Assembly (NCBI RefSeq): GCF_011745625.1
Contig: NW_027191470.1
Span: forward strand, 62,001-126,000
Reading direction: 5' to 3'
DNA from: Cladosporium halotolerans
Taxonomy: Eukaryota
DNA length: 64,000 nucleotides
Positions 36,901 through 47,530 of this stretch are shown piece after piece. The notes under the pieces were generated by a model. It made no database searches, was not told where the DNA came from, and saw nothing but the letters and a program-made list of their open reading frames with translations. The position numbers were made by a program, and so were the translations under genes. Every line of letters starts with the position of its first letter. Position 1 is the stretch's first letter.

Positions 36901-37092
36901 TTCCTGGGCGCCAAGGGCTCGCGCAAGGCCGGCCACCTGTACGACATGTTCCAGCCGGTGGACGTCGTTAGGCAGGAGCTGGACAAGATCAAGGGCCACC
37001 TTGTGTGGATGCCGTTGGAGTTTTTGAGGGATGCGAACATGGCGGAGAAGGGTATGCAGGTTAATGCATACACGGAGAGTATTTACACCTAG
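33978..37092 (+). CDS. Phospholipase D (two HKD motifs, no PX/PH domains), one intron (36414-36465)
   Basis: HHEKFIVID and HGK-LLIVDD...GSSNINDRS (second HKD split by the intron). Also RMPWHD and YIENQFF. Confidence 0.93.
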
Positions 37093-37698
37093 AGGGTTGG
37101 TAGATGGAATCTAGGGCGATGGCTTCGGCTGGATTGAATTGGGACGATGACATGTGGATCGGACGGATTTGATGTTTATAAGGTACGGCACAGGAGATGA
37201 TTTCTCATACGCTCGCAAGGTATTCGCGATTGCTCATAGGGAATTGATCAAAAAATCGGATGATTTGATGGGTTTTCTTTATCAAGCTCCATATCCAGGG
37301 ATTGGTGTACATGCCGATGAAAGTACGATACCTGAATCAGCACATGACTTTATTAGGGTACAAAATCCCTCCCAAACACTCGGATTCCGTTTCCAGCATC
37401 GTTCCCCGATCTACCCGCCCTTCCGCAGCAGCGACCCACCGCGCACCAAACCATCTCTCCCATCCACGCCTGCCCGCACGTTCGCTCAGCCGCTGGCGTC
37501 ACTTCCCTCGCCGATCGCCATGTGCCAGCCGCAGCTCTCTCCAAACGCCCCGTCGGCAACGGCGAGGCGCGAACCTGAAAGCCCCTAGTGCCAAAACATG
37601 GCCATGTCCCAAACCTTCTCGTAACTCAAACCTCTCCTTCATACAACAATGATAATGTAATAGGCTCGCATACTACGCCCAGCAGCAATCTTCCCAGC

Positions 37699-40600
37699 AT
37701 GAGCCTGCCGCCCGACTCGTACACGGCGCGCCGCCTCGCCCACGCCACGCCGGACCATCTGCACCACACCGCGCGCAGGACGTTCATCGGCCCGATTCCC
37801 GACGGTTGGTTGAAGAGCCATCGCAGGAGCTGGTATAGGCACTATCTTCCTGTGGGAGGAGGAGACAGTCGGCAGAATACTTTCATTGCAGCGGCGCCGA
37901 GGGAGGGGGATGCGGAAAGCTCGAGGAGGGGGAGTTCGGCCGGAGGCAGGCGAAGAGAGAGTGTAGGGGAAAGCGGAGCGAGAGATGGGCGTCACGAAGA
38001 GGAAGTCCGAGACGGGTCGAAGCAGAGCAATGGACACGCCGCCCAGCTGCAAGTCGACGTGCAAAACGAAACCCACGGAAGCAACGAACAAGGCGCAAGT
38101 GCAGCAACACATCCAGAACCTGAGGCCCAGCCCAAGCCTCAGACGCAACCCCAATCACCACCTCTGCGATCCTCATCGCAGTCAGCCCTCGACAATGCAA
38201 ACGAGCAATCGACCACATCTCTCCTGCACGACCAGCGACCAAGCACAGATGCCCACGCACCAGCTCCCCGATCCGAGCAGCGCGACTCCACCGCGCGCGA
38301 AAGCAGACCGACCCTCGCCTCCCAGCCCAGCAAAGGCCTCCTCTTCGACCGCGCACGCAAAACCGTCCCGCGCGTCCGCTTCAACGAGCCCTCACGCCTA
38401 CAAATTCGCGCCCGAGCGCAGAAGCTCGCAGCCAAAGGCCGGCTGCGCAATAGCAAGATCAAAGACGGCGAAGTGATAAAGATGGACAAGATGCTTGTGC
38501 GGATCGACATCACGCAGCAGCAGCTGCCGGAGCAGTTCGATGAGCGCGTGAGCCAGGGCGTCGAGACAAAGTCTCTGGACAAGTGGCGCGAATTCATGGT
38601 CGTCTGCCGTAAGCACAGCGAGGACGACGCCACGGCCATCTTGCAGTTGCACCAGACGCGAGTGATCGACTTGTCAGAGACTGGCAAGGTCAAGAAGAAG
38701 CCCAAGGCGCAGATCCTGCTCAGCGCGCGGCGCGCGAAGGTCTCGCTTTTCTCGACGCTGGACAAGACGCTGTGCGTTTGGGTTAGCGAGAACGCTCGCA
38801 CGACGATTTACTATCTGAAGGCGACTACGGCTTCGACTGCTGTCGAGTGGTATACGTTCCTGACCTCTATCATGGGCTGGAAGCGAGCGCAGACCCTCAC
38901 TGTCAGCGTGCCCGATCTTAGTGTGAGCTTGCGGCTAGACGATCCGTTCGTGACGATTGAGAATGCGCAGACGGAAGCGGCAGACCGTAGGAAGGGGGAT
39001 GCAGTGCACGTCACGCAAGCTCTTGCGGACGAGACTGGCGCGGCCGGCGTTATTGTCGCTCGCTGTCTTGACATGCTGAAGGACTCGCCAGATTGGGAAG
39101 ATGTGCTGAAAGCCTGGACTAAGACCGGACGAGTAGGACTGGCCTGGAAGCGATACGACCGACTCGAGTGGGTACACGGTGCAGTGGAAGAGAAGATGTA
39201 CGGCACGATCGCCATGCAACGTACGCACGACCTCGAATTGCGCCCTAAAGACCACTATCCTCTGAGCGTCAAGCCTCGCGGAGAAGACCAAAGCCTGGAC
39301 GAACCGCCTCCGGTCGAGGGATTCCTCATCCGGCTCACCAGTCAGAAAGGCCAGGATCGACGGCTTGGCAAGATGCTTTTCAAGAGGCTGTATTTCTCCA
39401 CGCTCGACAACTACCTTCTCTTCCTGAGGCCGGCGAAAGCCACGCCTCCACCGCCTCCGAAGATGCGCATCCGAAGCGACAACAATGTCCCTAGTTCGGC
39501 GCAGATCGCAAAAGACGTGCCGCTCACGTATGAAGTCGACCCTTACCCGGTCGAAGACGGAAACCTGTCGTGGTTGAAGCCAGGCAGTCTACCTGATCGT
39601 GATGTGGAAAAGCATGATCGAGATGCTGCTCTGGAAGCACAGCGGAACGTGAACATGCTTCTCGCCTCCGATGGCTTCATCAACCTCTGCGACGTTATCA
39701 GGGCCAGACCAATGCAGAAAGGTGCTGTGCCTGCAGATGCAAACCTGCAAGACGGCGACGATGTCGACTTCCACGTAGAGCCGAGCATCGTACGGCAAAA
39801 CGAACGCACCGACGACGGGTCAACAACCGAGGTAGACGAAGACCGCATTTTCGAGCTCCTCCTTAAAAACGGCCTCGTCATCCGCTTGCAAGCCTATAAC
39901 AAAGCCGCTCGCAGCGAATGGATGACGCGTCTGCGCGCCCTAGTCTCCTACTGGACCGCACGCTCTAAAGCCGACATGGACCTCTACAAGACCGTCCGCG
40001 AACAAAACCTCAAATCTCTCAACATCGACGAGCGCGCCGAAGCCGTCGTCGGCCAATTCGCCTACAAGTGGGAAGTCTCGCAGTCCTTCGCCTCGCCAAC
40101 CCTCTACAACCTCTGCGGCATCGCTGACTGCCGCACCATCCACCTCTCCGGCCTCCTCTTCCGCAAACCCCGCCGACACTCCACCTTCACGCGCTGCCAC
40201 GTCATCCTCTCGCACGGCCACCTGCTCGTCTACCAAGACACGCTGCGCAGCACGGCCGGCAAGAAGCTGCAGCACATCCACCACGAGCGCATCGCGGCCC
40301 TCGACCTGCGCGGCTGCTACGTCTACTCCGGGCTCCTCACGGAGCAAGACCTGCTGTACCAGAACCGCACCTTCGACTCCAACACGCCGGGCCACAACGC
40401 GCTGCCGCGCATCTACCTGGAAGACGGGTGGACGAGCACGGACGAGGACGCGATGACGACCTTCGTGCTGTGGCACAGCAAGAGCAAATCTTGGTTCCGC
40501 AGCTCGAAGACGATGGACGACGTGCGGGATGCCGAGCGCGGGTCCGGGCAGGAGGGCAAGAGGGGGAAGCTGAAGCGCGTGAGCCAGCTGGGCGCTACGG

Positions 40601-40785
40601 GCAGGAGTGTGGTTTTCAAGGCGAGGAGTAGGGCCGAGAGGGACCATTGGGTGCTGGGGATTAGTAATGAGATTGAGAGGTTGGTTGCGAAGGGGGCGGG
40701 GGATGGGGAGGAGGTCAGGTTGGTTGCGGGGCAGCAGCAGCCACAGGGTGGTGTTGAGGAAGTTGAGGAGGAAGAGGAGGAATAG
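37699..40785 (+). CDS. SPO71: Spo71/Mug56-like PH-domain sporulation protein
   Basis: N-terminal FIGPIPDGWL, LAWKRYDRLEW, EPPPVEGFLIRLT and C-terminal VVFKARSRAERDHWV. Multiple PH-like segments. Confidence 0.82.
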   Translation: MSLPPDSYTARRLAHATPDHLHHTARRTFIGPIPDGWLKSHRRSWYRHYLPVGGGDSRQNTFIAAAPREGDAESSRRGSSAGGRRRESVGESGARDGRHEEEVRDGSKQSNGHAAQLQVDVQNETHGSNEQGASAATHPEPEAQPKPQTQPQSPPLRSSSQSALDNANEQSTTSLLHDQRPSTDAHAPAPRSEQRDSTARESRPTLASQPSKGLLFDRARKTVPRVRFNEPSRLQIRARAQKLAAKGRLRNSKIKDGEVIKMDKMLVRIDITQQQLPEQFDERVSQGVETKSLDKWREFMVVCRKHSEDDATAILQLHQTRVIDLSETGKVKKKPKAQILLSARRAKVSLFSTLDKTLCVWVSENARTTIYYLKATTASTAVEWYTFLTSIMGWKRAQTLTVSVPDLSVSLRLDDPFVTIENAQTEAADRRKGDAVHVTQALADETGAAGVIVARCLDMLKDSPDWEDVLKAWTKTGRVGLAWKRYDRLEWVHGAVEEKMYGTIAMQRTHDLELRPKDHYPLSVKPRGEDQSLDEPPPVEGFLIRLTSQKGQDRRLGKMLFKRLYFSTLDNYLLFLRPAKATPPPPPKMRIRSDNNVPSSAQIAKDVPLTYEVDPYPVEDGNLSWLKPGSLPDRDVEKHDRDAALEAQRNVNMLLASDGFINLCDVIRARPMQKGAVPADANLQDGDDVDFHVEPSIVRQNERTDDGSTTEVDEDRIFELLLKNGLVIRLQAYNKAARSEWMTRLRALVSYWTARSKADMDLYKTVREQNLKSLNIDERAEAVVGQFAYKWEVSQSFASPTLYNLCGIADCRTIHLSGLLFRKPRRHSTFTRCHVILSHGHLLVYQDTLRSTAGKKLQHIHHERIAALDLRGCYVYSGLLTEQDLLYQNRTFDSNTPGHNALPRIYLEDGWTSTDEDAMTTFVLWHSKSKSWFRSSKTMDDVRDAERGSGQEGKRGKLKRVSQLGATGRSVVFKARSRAERDHWVLGISNEIERLVAKGAGDGEEVRLVAGQQQPQGGVEEVEEEEEE

Positions 40786-41074
40786 TGAGAGATGATTAGG
40801 ACGGGGCGGCGCGGAGCACTTGGTCTTGTTTCCTTTTTGATTTCTTTCCATGGAGGAGCATATCCCTGCCTGGGCTTTTCTTTCCACATAATGTATAGAT
40901 ACCCCCCTGGCGGAGAAAGCGGAACAGCACAGCAAAGAACAGAACAGAGCATCGGCATTGCATGTTGCATACAAAAGGAGCATGCGCATTAAGTCTCACC
41001 ACCTTCTATTTGAGTGTGACTATTCAGCCACTACTCTGGACTCTTTATCTCCCGAGTTCGCTTCACCGTCCACT

Positions 41075-43708
41075 TCACTTCTCCTCCCCCTCCCCACCCC
41101 ACCCCAACCTCCTCCCCAACAACCCCGCGGCCTCTCCCTCCGACCCCCCAACACCAACCCCAGCCTCCTCACCCCTCGCCCCGCTCTTAGCCGCCAACCC
41201 CTCCAGCAACCCACACAGCTCCTCACACAACTCATCAAACCTCCTCTCCCTCTCCGCAATCCCCATCCCCGCACCAGCAGGCGCTTTGACAACCAGCTCC
41301 GCGATAGCCTCCACAGCCCGCCTCAGCGGCTCCTGCCTGCGGCGCAAAAAGAGTTTCGCGCGGATAGACGCGAGCGTCAGCGCGTGAGCTTCGGCTAGGG
41401 AGGAAAGGGACGCTGTTTGCGGGGCGGACTGCGCTTCGTCGAGGCGCTGCGCGAAGGCTTTCCAGGCGGGCGCGATAGCGGTCTCGGTGAAGTGGGAGAG
41501 GAGCGTGGTGGAGAAGTGGCGGGCTTTCCATGCGAAGCGGCGGAGGATCAGGGTGTTGTTGGCGTGCTTGGGTTGGCGGGGCCAGGGGCGGAGGTTGGCG
41601 GTTGCGTGCAGGACGCGGGCGTGGATGAGGAGGGAGCGGAAGATGGCGTCGTAGTGTTGCAGGACGGTCGGGGTGAAAATGGGCGCGAGGGGAGGGGGAG
41701 GGGTGTATTGGAGGCGGAGGAAATCGAGGGCGTGGATGGAGGTCGGGTCCATGACTTTGTCGATTTCGGCGTCGGAGAGCTCGCGGATGGCGAAGCTGAG
41801 GCCGCCGGGAAGGTGGAGGTCGGCGTCGTTGGAGCTGCCGGGGGCGAAGGATTCGCTGAGGACGTTGAGGAGGGTCAGGCGGAGCTCGGAGCTGGCGGGC
41901 GGCCAGCGTTGTACTTCTCTGCTGCCGAGGCGGAGGCCCATTGTTTCGCTCGTGGGGATGTTGCCGCGTTTGCGCTCGGCCGATTGGACTTCGTCGCTGA
42001 AGAGAGCCGTGGTCAGGCGAGTTACGAAGTCGCCATTGCCGAAGAGATGGTATGACCGGTGGAGATCTAAGTGATCTCGCAGTTTGAACGTGCTGAATAG
42101 GTAGTCTGCAACGGCATCGTTCACTAACGATGCTTGCACTTCGATAAAGGGTCGCAATGGAGCCAATAGGTCAATGTTGGAAGATAACACTTCCGTTTGG
42201 TTCTCCCACTGATCGTCGAAGACTGATGTCAACGAATTTTGCAGACTGCCGTAGATATCCTCGCTCTCTGGCATGTTCGTCGACATGTCTTGTTCCACCA
42301 TCGAGGCGAGGTCCCCAAGTGCAGAAGTAGAGAAGATGTCATCGTGCTCAATGGAAAGATTGGAGTTTGCACTTGGCATGTCGTGCGGTGTAGCTCCCAA
42401 CTCGCGCCGCTGTTTTAAGATCGCAGACTCCATTTGGACTTTGTATTCTGCCGCTCGTTGCACAACAGATTCCACATCGACAACTTGAGTGCTGAGTTGA
42501 GCGCTGCGCTCGTGTATATTTCTGTCTGTGTTCGCAAGTGGATGCTCTGAGACATGCTCTCGCAGCAGATTGATGCTGCGCTTCACATTTGAGATTCTAG
42601 AAATGTCCTCGGGGGCGATGAAATGATTCCCTGGCTCAGCATCAGCTGCGTCTTGAATGGCTGCTGGATCCTGAATTGTGCAAAGTCGAGGTGCCAGTCC
42701 TGTGTCTTCGGCCAAACGTTGTAGCCATGGCATGCTGATGTGAGCGAGTAATTGTTGCATGACATTAGATGCAATGCTGTCACTTTCCGCTAGCCTGGTG
42801 ACCTTGTCCGAAAGCGCTGAGATGAGATCCTCGTCATTTCGAAGGCGGCGCAAGACCTTGATGATAGCCCTGAGATGAGACATGATGCGAGACGGGCGCT
42901 CAATCGCTTCCTGAAGCTGCAACAAAGACCTAGTGTGCGGGATTTGTTCGCAGATTTGGCGTTCCGAGCGATCAAGCACAACGCTAAAGCACCGCTTCAA
43001 AGCCACCATAGCAGTGCAATCCCGTGCATTCGAGTTGCTCACAAAAGCCCCGAGCTCTCTGAAAGCGAGCCCAGTTTCAGCAAACGTATCCGTAAGGGTC
43101 CTAGTAGCGAAGAGGCTAAACCCAGAAATAGCGACCTTGTCCAGAACAGGGCAGAACGAGCCCTTGGCAGCGTCCCAGCGGAAGAATATCGACGACCGAC
43201 CAAGCACCAAGCTGAAGCAGGCTCGCAGCACAGCATCGTGGGGAACGACGCCTTCCGATTGCTCGCGCTGCTGGAAGACCGCGTCGAAGGCGCCGTCGCC
43301 CGCTTCCGTGAGGTAGAAGGGGTGCGCTGGCTGGTCGGCTTTCCGCTCGAAGGCTTCCCATGTGAGGAATTGAGGTTCGGATGGTGGTGAGGCGGTGCTC
43401 TCATCGAGGGTCCAGACGTCGTGATCGTCTAGTTGTTCTGTTGGGCGTTGGTTGACATTGGGCTTGGCGTCAAGGACCTCGGCCGCGGGCAGCTCATCGC
43501 TGGCATCCGGTGACAGATCTTCAAGTGGTGGGAGGCCCAGGTCGTCCGAGATCCCGTCGAAAAGATTCCCGTCGGTCGGCTTGGGCAATAAAGCAGGGGA
43601 CGCGTCTAGCTGCAGGCTGTCGAAGATGCTGCCATCGCGGTCCGCGTTGAGCGTGAAGATCGAAGGCCGCCAGAGCTCTTCCGAGCGAAAAGCTGATGAC
43701 TCTTCCAT
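41075..43708 (-). CDS. Gamma-tubulin complex component (Spc97/Spc98 family, probably GCP6-like)
   Basis: 877 aa with LVLGRSSIFFRW, HLDLHRSYHLFGNGDFVTRLTTALF, WPPASSELRL and ALDFLRLQYTPPPPL. Confidence 0.85.
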   Translation of the reverse strand: MEESSAFRSEELWRPSIFTLNADRDGSIFDSLQLDASPALLPKPTDGNLFDGISDDLGLPPLEDLSPDASDELPAAEVLDAKPNVNQRPTEQLDDHDVWTLDESTASPPSEPQFLTWEAFERKADQPAHPFYLTEAGDGAFDAVFQQREQSEGVVPHDAVLRACFSLVLGRSSIFFRWDAAKGSFCPVLDKVAISGFSLFATRTLTDTFAETGLAFRELGAFVSNSNARDCTAMVALKRCFSVVLDRSERQICEQIPHTRSLLQLQEAIERPSRIMSHLRAIIKVLRRLRNDEDLISALSDKVTRLAESDSIASNVMQQLLAHISMPWLQRLAEDTGLAPRLCTIQDPAAIQDAADAEPGNHFIAPEDISRISNVKRSINLLREHVSEHPLANTDRNIHERSAQLSTQVVDVESVVQRAAEYKVQMESAILKQRRELGATPHDMPSANSNLSIEHDDIFSTSALGDLASMVEQDMSTNMPESEDIYGSLQNSLTSVFDDQWENQTEVLSSNIDLLAPLRPFIEVQASLVNDAVADYLFSTFKLRDHLDLHRSYHLFGNGDFVTRLTTALFSDEVQSAERKRGNIPTSETMGLRLGSREVQRWPPASSELRLTLLNVLSESFAPGSSNDADLHLPGGLSFAIRELSDAEIDKVMDPTSIHALDFLRLQYTPPPPLAPIFTPTVLQHYDAIFRSLLIHARVLHATANLRPWPRQPKHANNTLILRRFAWKARHFSTTLLSHFTETAIAPAWKAFAQRLDEAQSAPQTASLSSLAEAHALTLASIRAKLFLRRRQEPLRRAVEAIAELVVKAPAGAGMGIAERERRFDELCEELCGLLEGLAAKSGARGEEAGVGVGGSEGEAAGLLGRRLGWGGEGEEK

Positions 43709-44140
43709 GCCAGAACGGACGTGCTCGAAGCTTGCTCGAGCATTTTGTTCCCTCGATTTATGGCTCTGGCGAGATCGACCGACCGAGTTGACGTTCGAAG
43801 TTGTGGTGAAGTCGCGTCCACGCGCCGGCGTTCTTGGCGTTTGCTTGCAGCGAACTTCAACGCTTCAGCTTGCGAAGTGGGAGACGCATCTTGCCTGATC
43901 ACAACCCGATTTGCGAACATCAAAGTTGTTCTATTGGACAACATGACTTCAAGTGTGGGCATGAAAATAAAATTTCTTGAACGACGCAAGCTGTTTTACT
44001 TTTATAAAGTTTCGTATGGTCACGCTGAAGCTGCCATCTGGTATCTCCTGGTTTAGGAGCAATACTTTCTCCCGCTATTTACGGTCCCTGCGCCTCCGAA
44101 TGCATGTCTTCCATGTCGTCAAACTTGAAAAGCACACTCT

Positions 44141-44858
44141 TTACAGCATCAATCCAGCGGCCAGTGCTCCAAGACCGCCAACAAAAGTACCCATACCTAC
44201 AGTGGCCATTGCACCAGCCGCCTCGGAAGAAGCAGACGCCGCGGCGGAAGCGCTAGGCGAAGCTGAAGCCGAAGTAGATTCAGAGTGGCCAGAGTGGTCC
44301 TCGCTCTCTTCACTCGAGGTACTGTTGGACCACTCTGCGGTGAAGCTCGATGTCGCGTTCGAGCAGGCCGCGCCAAGGGTGCTGTTGGCGCCGGTGGCGA
44401 AGTTGACTGCGGCACACTATCGGGAACGTCAGTAAACGCCGAATATCACGCATCACAAGTAAACATACCTGGTACAGAGTGCCATCACCGGAGTAGTCGG
44501 TCACCTGCAAGATACCGCCTTTGCCGGCGAAGTCGCCCGGCGCACTGAGATAGTTGAGGCAGAAGACGCCAACGCCCTCGGTCATGGCCATGGACAGGTT
44601 GGTCCAGTTGTACGGCTCCTCAGTGTCGAGGGTGGCGCGGAACTGCCAGTTGCCGTGCGGATGCGAGCTCTGGATCTGGACGGCAAAGCGGTCGACCTGG
44701 ACTTCTGGGCTGGTCTCATTGACGGTGACGGTCGCACCGCCACAAGGGCCATTGACCTCCTGCTCGTCAAGGAAGCCAGCAGTAGGAGGCCATTGGAGGA
44801 TGAAGTGGGCTGACGTGGTGGCTGCAAGGCCGAAGGCGAGGAGTGTTTGAGAGAGCAT
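44141..44858 (-). CDS. BIM1-like (X325/LPMO-like) GPI-anchored copper-binding protein, one intron (44417-44468)
   Basis: Signal peptide leaves N-terminal His (HFILQWPP...PCGG). Second His in SSHPH, plus FCL and DGTLYQ-CA. Ser/Ala-rich linker and hydrophobic GPI tail (GAMATVGMGTFVGGLGALAAGLML). Confidence 0.85.
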
Positions 44859-44939
44859 GTTGGCGGTATGGAGTGGGTGTGTTGTCGGTTGTGTAAGGGT
44901 GAGGGTGAGGATGAGGAAGAATTGAAAGAAGAGGCACGT

Positions 44940-45425
44940 GGTACTTGCTTTTCAAGTGATGACCAGGATGCGATTGATGAGAGGCGCGGCAGGCAAACCT
45001 TCGCGCGGCGGGCAAACCTTCGCGCGGCGCTGACTCTTCATATACGTTTCACGGCATGTGGGCAAACAAGCTGCGGCGCAAGCGAGGCGAGGGCTCGCTG
45101 TGAGGCCGCGGGCAGCGCATGTCCCGACCCGCCAACTACGGCGCAGCGATGGAGTATCACTCACGCCTTGTGCATCTGTGCTGCTGTCGAACCGCGGCCG
45201 CTCCACTGGCGCACCGCAGGCGCGCAGCCAGCCGGCGACGGCTGATGCCGCGGCTAGGCCCAAGCTGGCGGATACTTGCTCAAAGCACCTCACCCTCGGC
45301 GCCTCAGCGCCTGGCCACAATGGTATTATACCTTATTATTAAGGCAAGGCAGGTAGGTACCTAAGGTATCATCCCGCTCCGCTCGGCGCGACGGGGCGCA
45401 CATGGTCTCGCGTGGATACTTGCTC
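44940..45425. promoter_or_regulatory. Putative copper-response elements in the BIM1-like/FRE bidirectional promoter
   Basis: GGATACTTGCTC at 45270-45281 and 45414-45425, with variant GGTACTTGCTT at 44940-44950. The TTGCTC core resembles the Mac1/Cuf1 CuRE (TTTGCTCR in S. cerevisiae). Confidence 0.6.
44992..45029. repeat. Perfect 19-bp tandem duplication GGCAAACCTTCGCGCGGCG x2
   Basis: Read directly from the sequence. Confidence 0.9.
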
Positions 45426-45676
45426 GATCCGCCTGGGCAGCCTGGCGACCTTCTTCTTGCGTCTGTAGCTACTCTACCCATGGTCAAGTACTCGTCTTTT
45501 TCTCTTACTACACCGTCTTCTTCCCATACCCCGCCAAGCACGCCACCACATCTCCCCGTCTTTCCTTCTTCTTCTCGTCGCGCTTGATTACCTACCCATA
45601 GCCGGACGTCGCACCTTCTTCCCGGTATACCACCAACGGCCGTGGGCCTTAGGCTCACCGCTCACCCACCGCCACC

Positions 45677-47530
45677 ATGAACATGGGCGGCATGAGCATG
45701 AGCATGGGTGGCATGTTCACTCCCACAAACACAGCCATCGCTCACACATTCTGGTACATCGTCGCGGCATTCGTGGCGCTGTTGACTGGCATTCGCTTCA
45801 TATCCTGGCTTCAAAGCCGCAGCCGGCGAAAGTCAACCAGCGAAGGACGTCAGAATGTTCCGTCAAGGCCAACGAATTCCTTCGCTCAATCATACGCAAC
45901 TGCGACAGCCGTCTGCAGAGAGCTAGCCTACCCGCAGCCGCTTGTATTCACCGGCAGATTCAGCAAGTACTTCACGCCTCCGCCAGTGGGGAGATGTCTG
46001 GTCCTTGCCGTTTACTGGATAGTCATCCTAACAATGCTCTGGAGCAACACCATCCTCACCAAAGGAAGCTTTGAGTATGTGTACAAGTGGGAGAAAGTGG
46101 GCTTTCGAGCCGCCTGGGTCTCCGTTACACAAATCCCATTCATCTACTTGCTCTCCTGCAAATTCAATCCAATCAGCATCCTGACGGGCATCTCCTACGA
46201 ACGGCTCAACTGGCTGCACCGCTGGACAGCTCGCACCGTCTTCCTCACGCTCATCGTACATTGGACCTTCTTCTTCCAAGAATGGGTTGAAGCAGACTTC
46301 GTCAAGCTCCAGCTCAAAATGATGCCCATGGTCAAATACGGCTTCGGTGCTTGGGGCGTCATCACATGGATGGTACTGTCCAGCTTCGGCTACTTCAGAG
46401 CAGTCAGCTACGAGATCTTTGTTGCCCAGCATGTCGTGGCTGCGGCCGTCTTGCTCTGGCTGGTCTTCATACACATTCCCGACTACGCGAGATACAACGT
46501 TTGGATGTGCGTTGGCTTTCTAGCGTTCGACTGGGGCTGTCGAATAGTCCATGGGTTCCTGCGCAACACACACCTCATGAGCCAACTCGCCGTGAGGATG
46601 CCTGGCTACACTGCAACGGTCCAAAACCTTTCAGGCGACATGGTACGCCTCACGATCAACGATGTTGACTTCCAGTGGAAAGCTGGACAGCATGTTTATA
46701 CCTCGATTCCAAGTCTGAGGCCCTTCGAGCTACATCCCTTCACCATTTCCAACGTGTCTAACTCTGACGATTCTTCCGGCCAAAGGGAGATGACGCTGCT
46801 GATCAAGGCACACCACGGTTTCTCTCGCAGTCTGCAAAAAGCGGCAGACAAAGACTCCCAGACGGGACGCCAGCGGAGGGTCTTTCTGAACGGGCCGTGG
46901 GGAATGCCGCCAGACTTGCTTCACTATCACACGGTGGTACTAATTGCCTGCGCTAGTGGAGCAACTTTTATCATGCCCCTCCTGCAAGACCTTCTTGCAA
47001 AGCAAGGTTGTGTACAAAGGGTTCACCTTCATTGGATCGTTCGTTCCAAGGGCAACATCGACTGGTTTAGGGATGAGCTTTCCACGACCGCAGCTGCTTC
47101 ACGTACAGCTTCCATACAAGTTCGGCTTCATGTACACATCACTCAGCCCGATTCTCTCAACAGCTCATCGGATGCTCTGCCGTCTAAAGACGACGCAACA
47201 TTCGTCTCTCGTTCACTAAACAGCAGCTCGGACTCTCCCGTCTCGACGGGACCGTCTTCGATCAACATCGACGAAAAGACTCCCGCTGCGCACGTCGAGC
47301 CTGATTCACGTGTCCTCCACACCCACCTCGGCTCACGACCATCAGCCGATTCGATGATCCGACCGCCCGTGGAAGCGGCTTTGGGTGAAACGGCTGTCGT
47401 GACATGCGGAGGCGCCGAGTTCACGGCCCAAGCCCGGACTTTCGTCGCGAAGCTGAGCGACGAGCGCGCTGTACACAAGGGCACTGGGGCGCAAGGAATC
47501 TACCTGTTTACTGAAACTTATGGTTGGTAA
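45677..47530 (+). CDS. Ferric/cupric reductase transmembrane component (FRE family), intronless
   Basis: Heme His in LNWLHRW...IVH and AQH...FIH. FAD motif HPFTIS, then GPWG, ASGATF, CG and terminal ETYGW. Met-rich N-terminus. Confidence 0.92.
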   Translation: MNMGGMSMSMGGMFTPTNTAIAHTFWYIVAAFVALLTGIRFISWLQSRSRRKSTSEGRQNVPSRPTNSFAQSYATATAVCRELAYPQPLVFTGRFSKYFTPPPVGRCLVLAVYWIVILTMLWSNTILTKGSFEYVYKWEKVGFRAAWVSVTQIPFIYLLSCKFNPISILTGISYERLNWLHRWTARTVFLTLIVHWTFFFQEWVEADFVKLQLKMMPMVKYGFGAWGVITWMVLSSFGYFRAVSYEIFVAQHVVAAAVLLWLVFIHIPDYARYNVWMCVGFLAFDWGCRIVHGFLRNTHLMSQLAVRMPGYTATVQNLSGDMVRLTINDVDFQWKAGQHVYTSIPSLRPFELHPFTISNVSNSDDSSGQREMTLLIKAHHGFSRSLQKAADKDSQTGRQRRVFLNGPWGMPPDLLHYHTVVLIACASGATFIMPLLQDLLAKQGCVQRVHLHWIVRSKGNIDWFRDELSTTAAASRTASIQVRLHVHITQPDSLNSSSDALPSKDDATFVSRSLNSSSDSPVSTGPSSINIDEKTPAAHVEPDSRVLHTHLGSRPSADSMIRPPVEAALGETAVVTCGGAEFTAQARTFVAKLSDERAVHKGTGAQGIYLFTETYGW

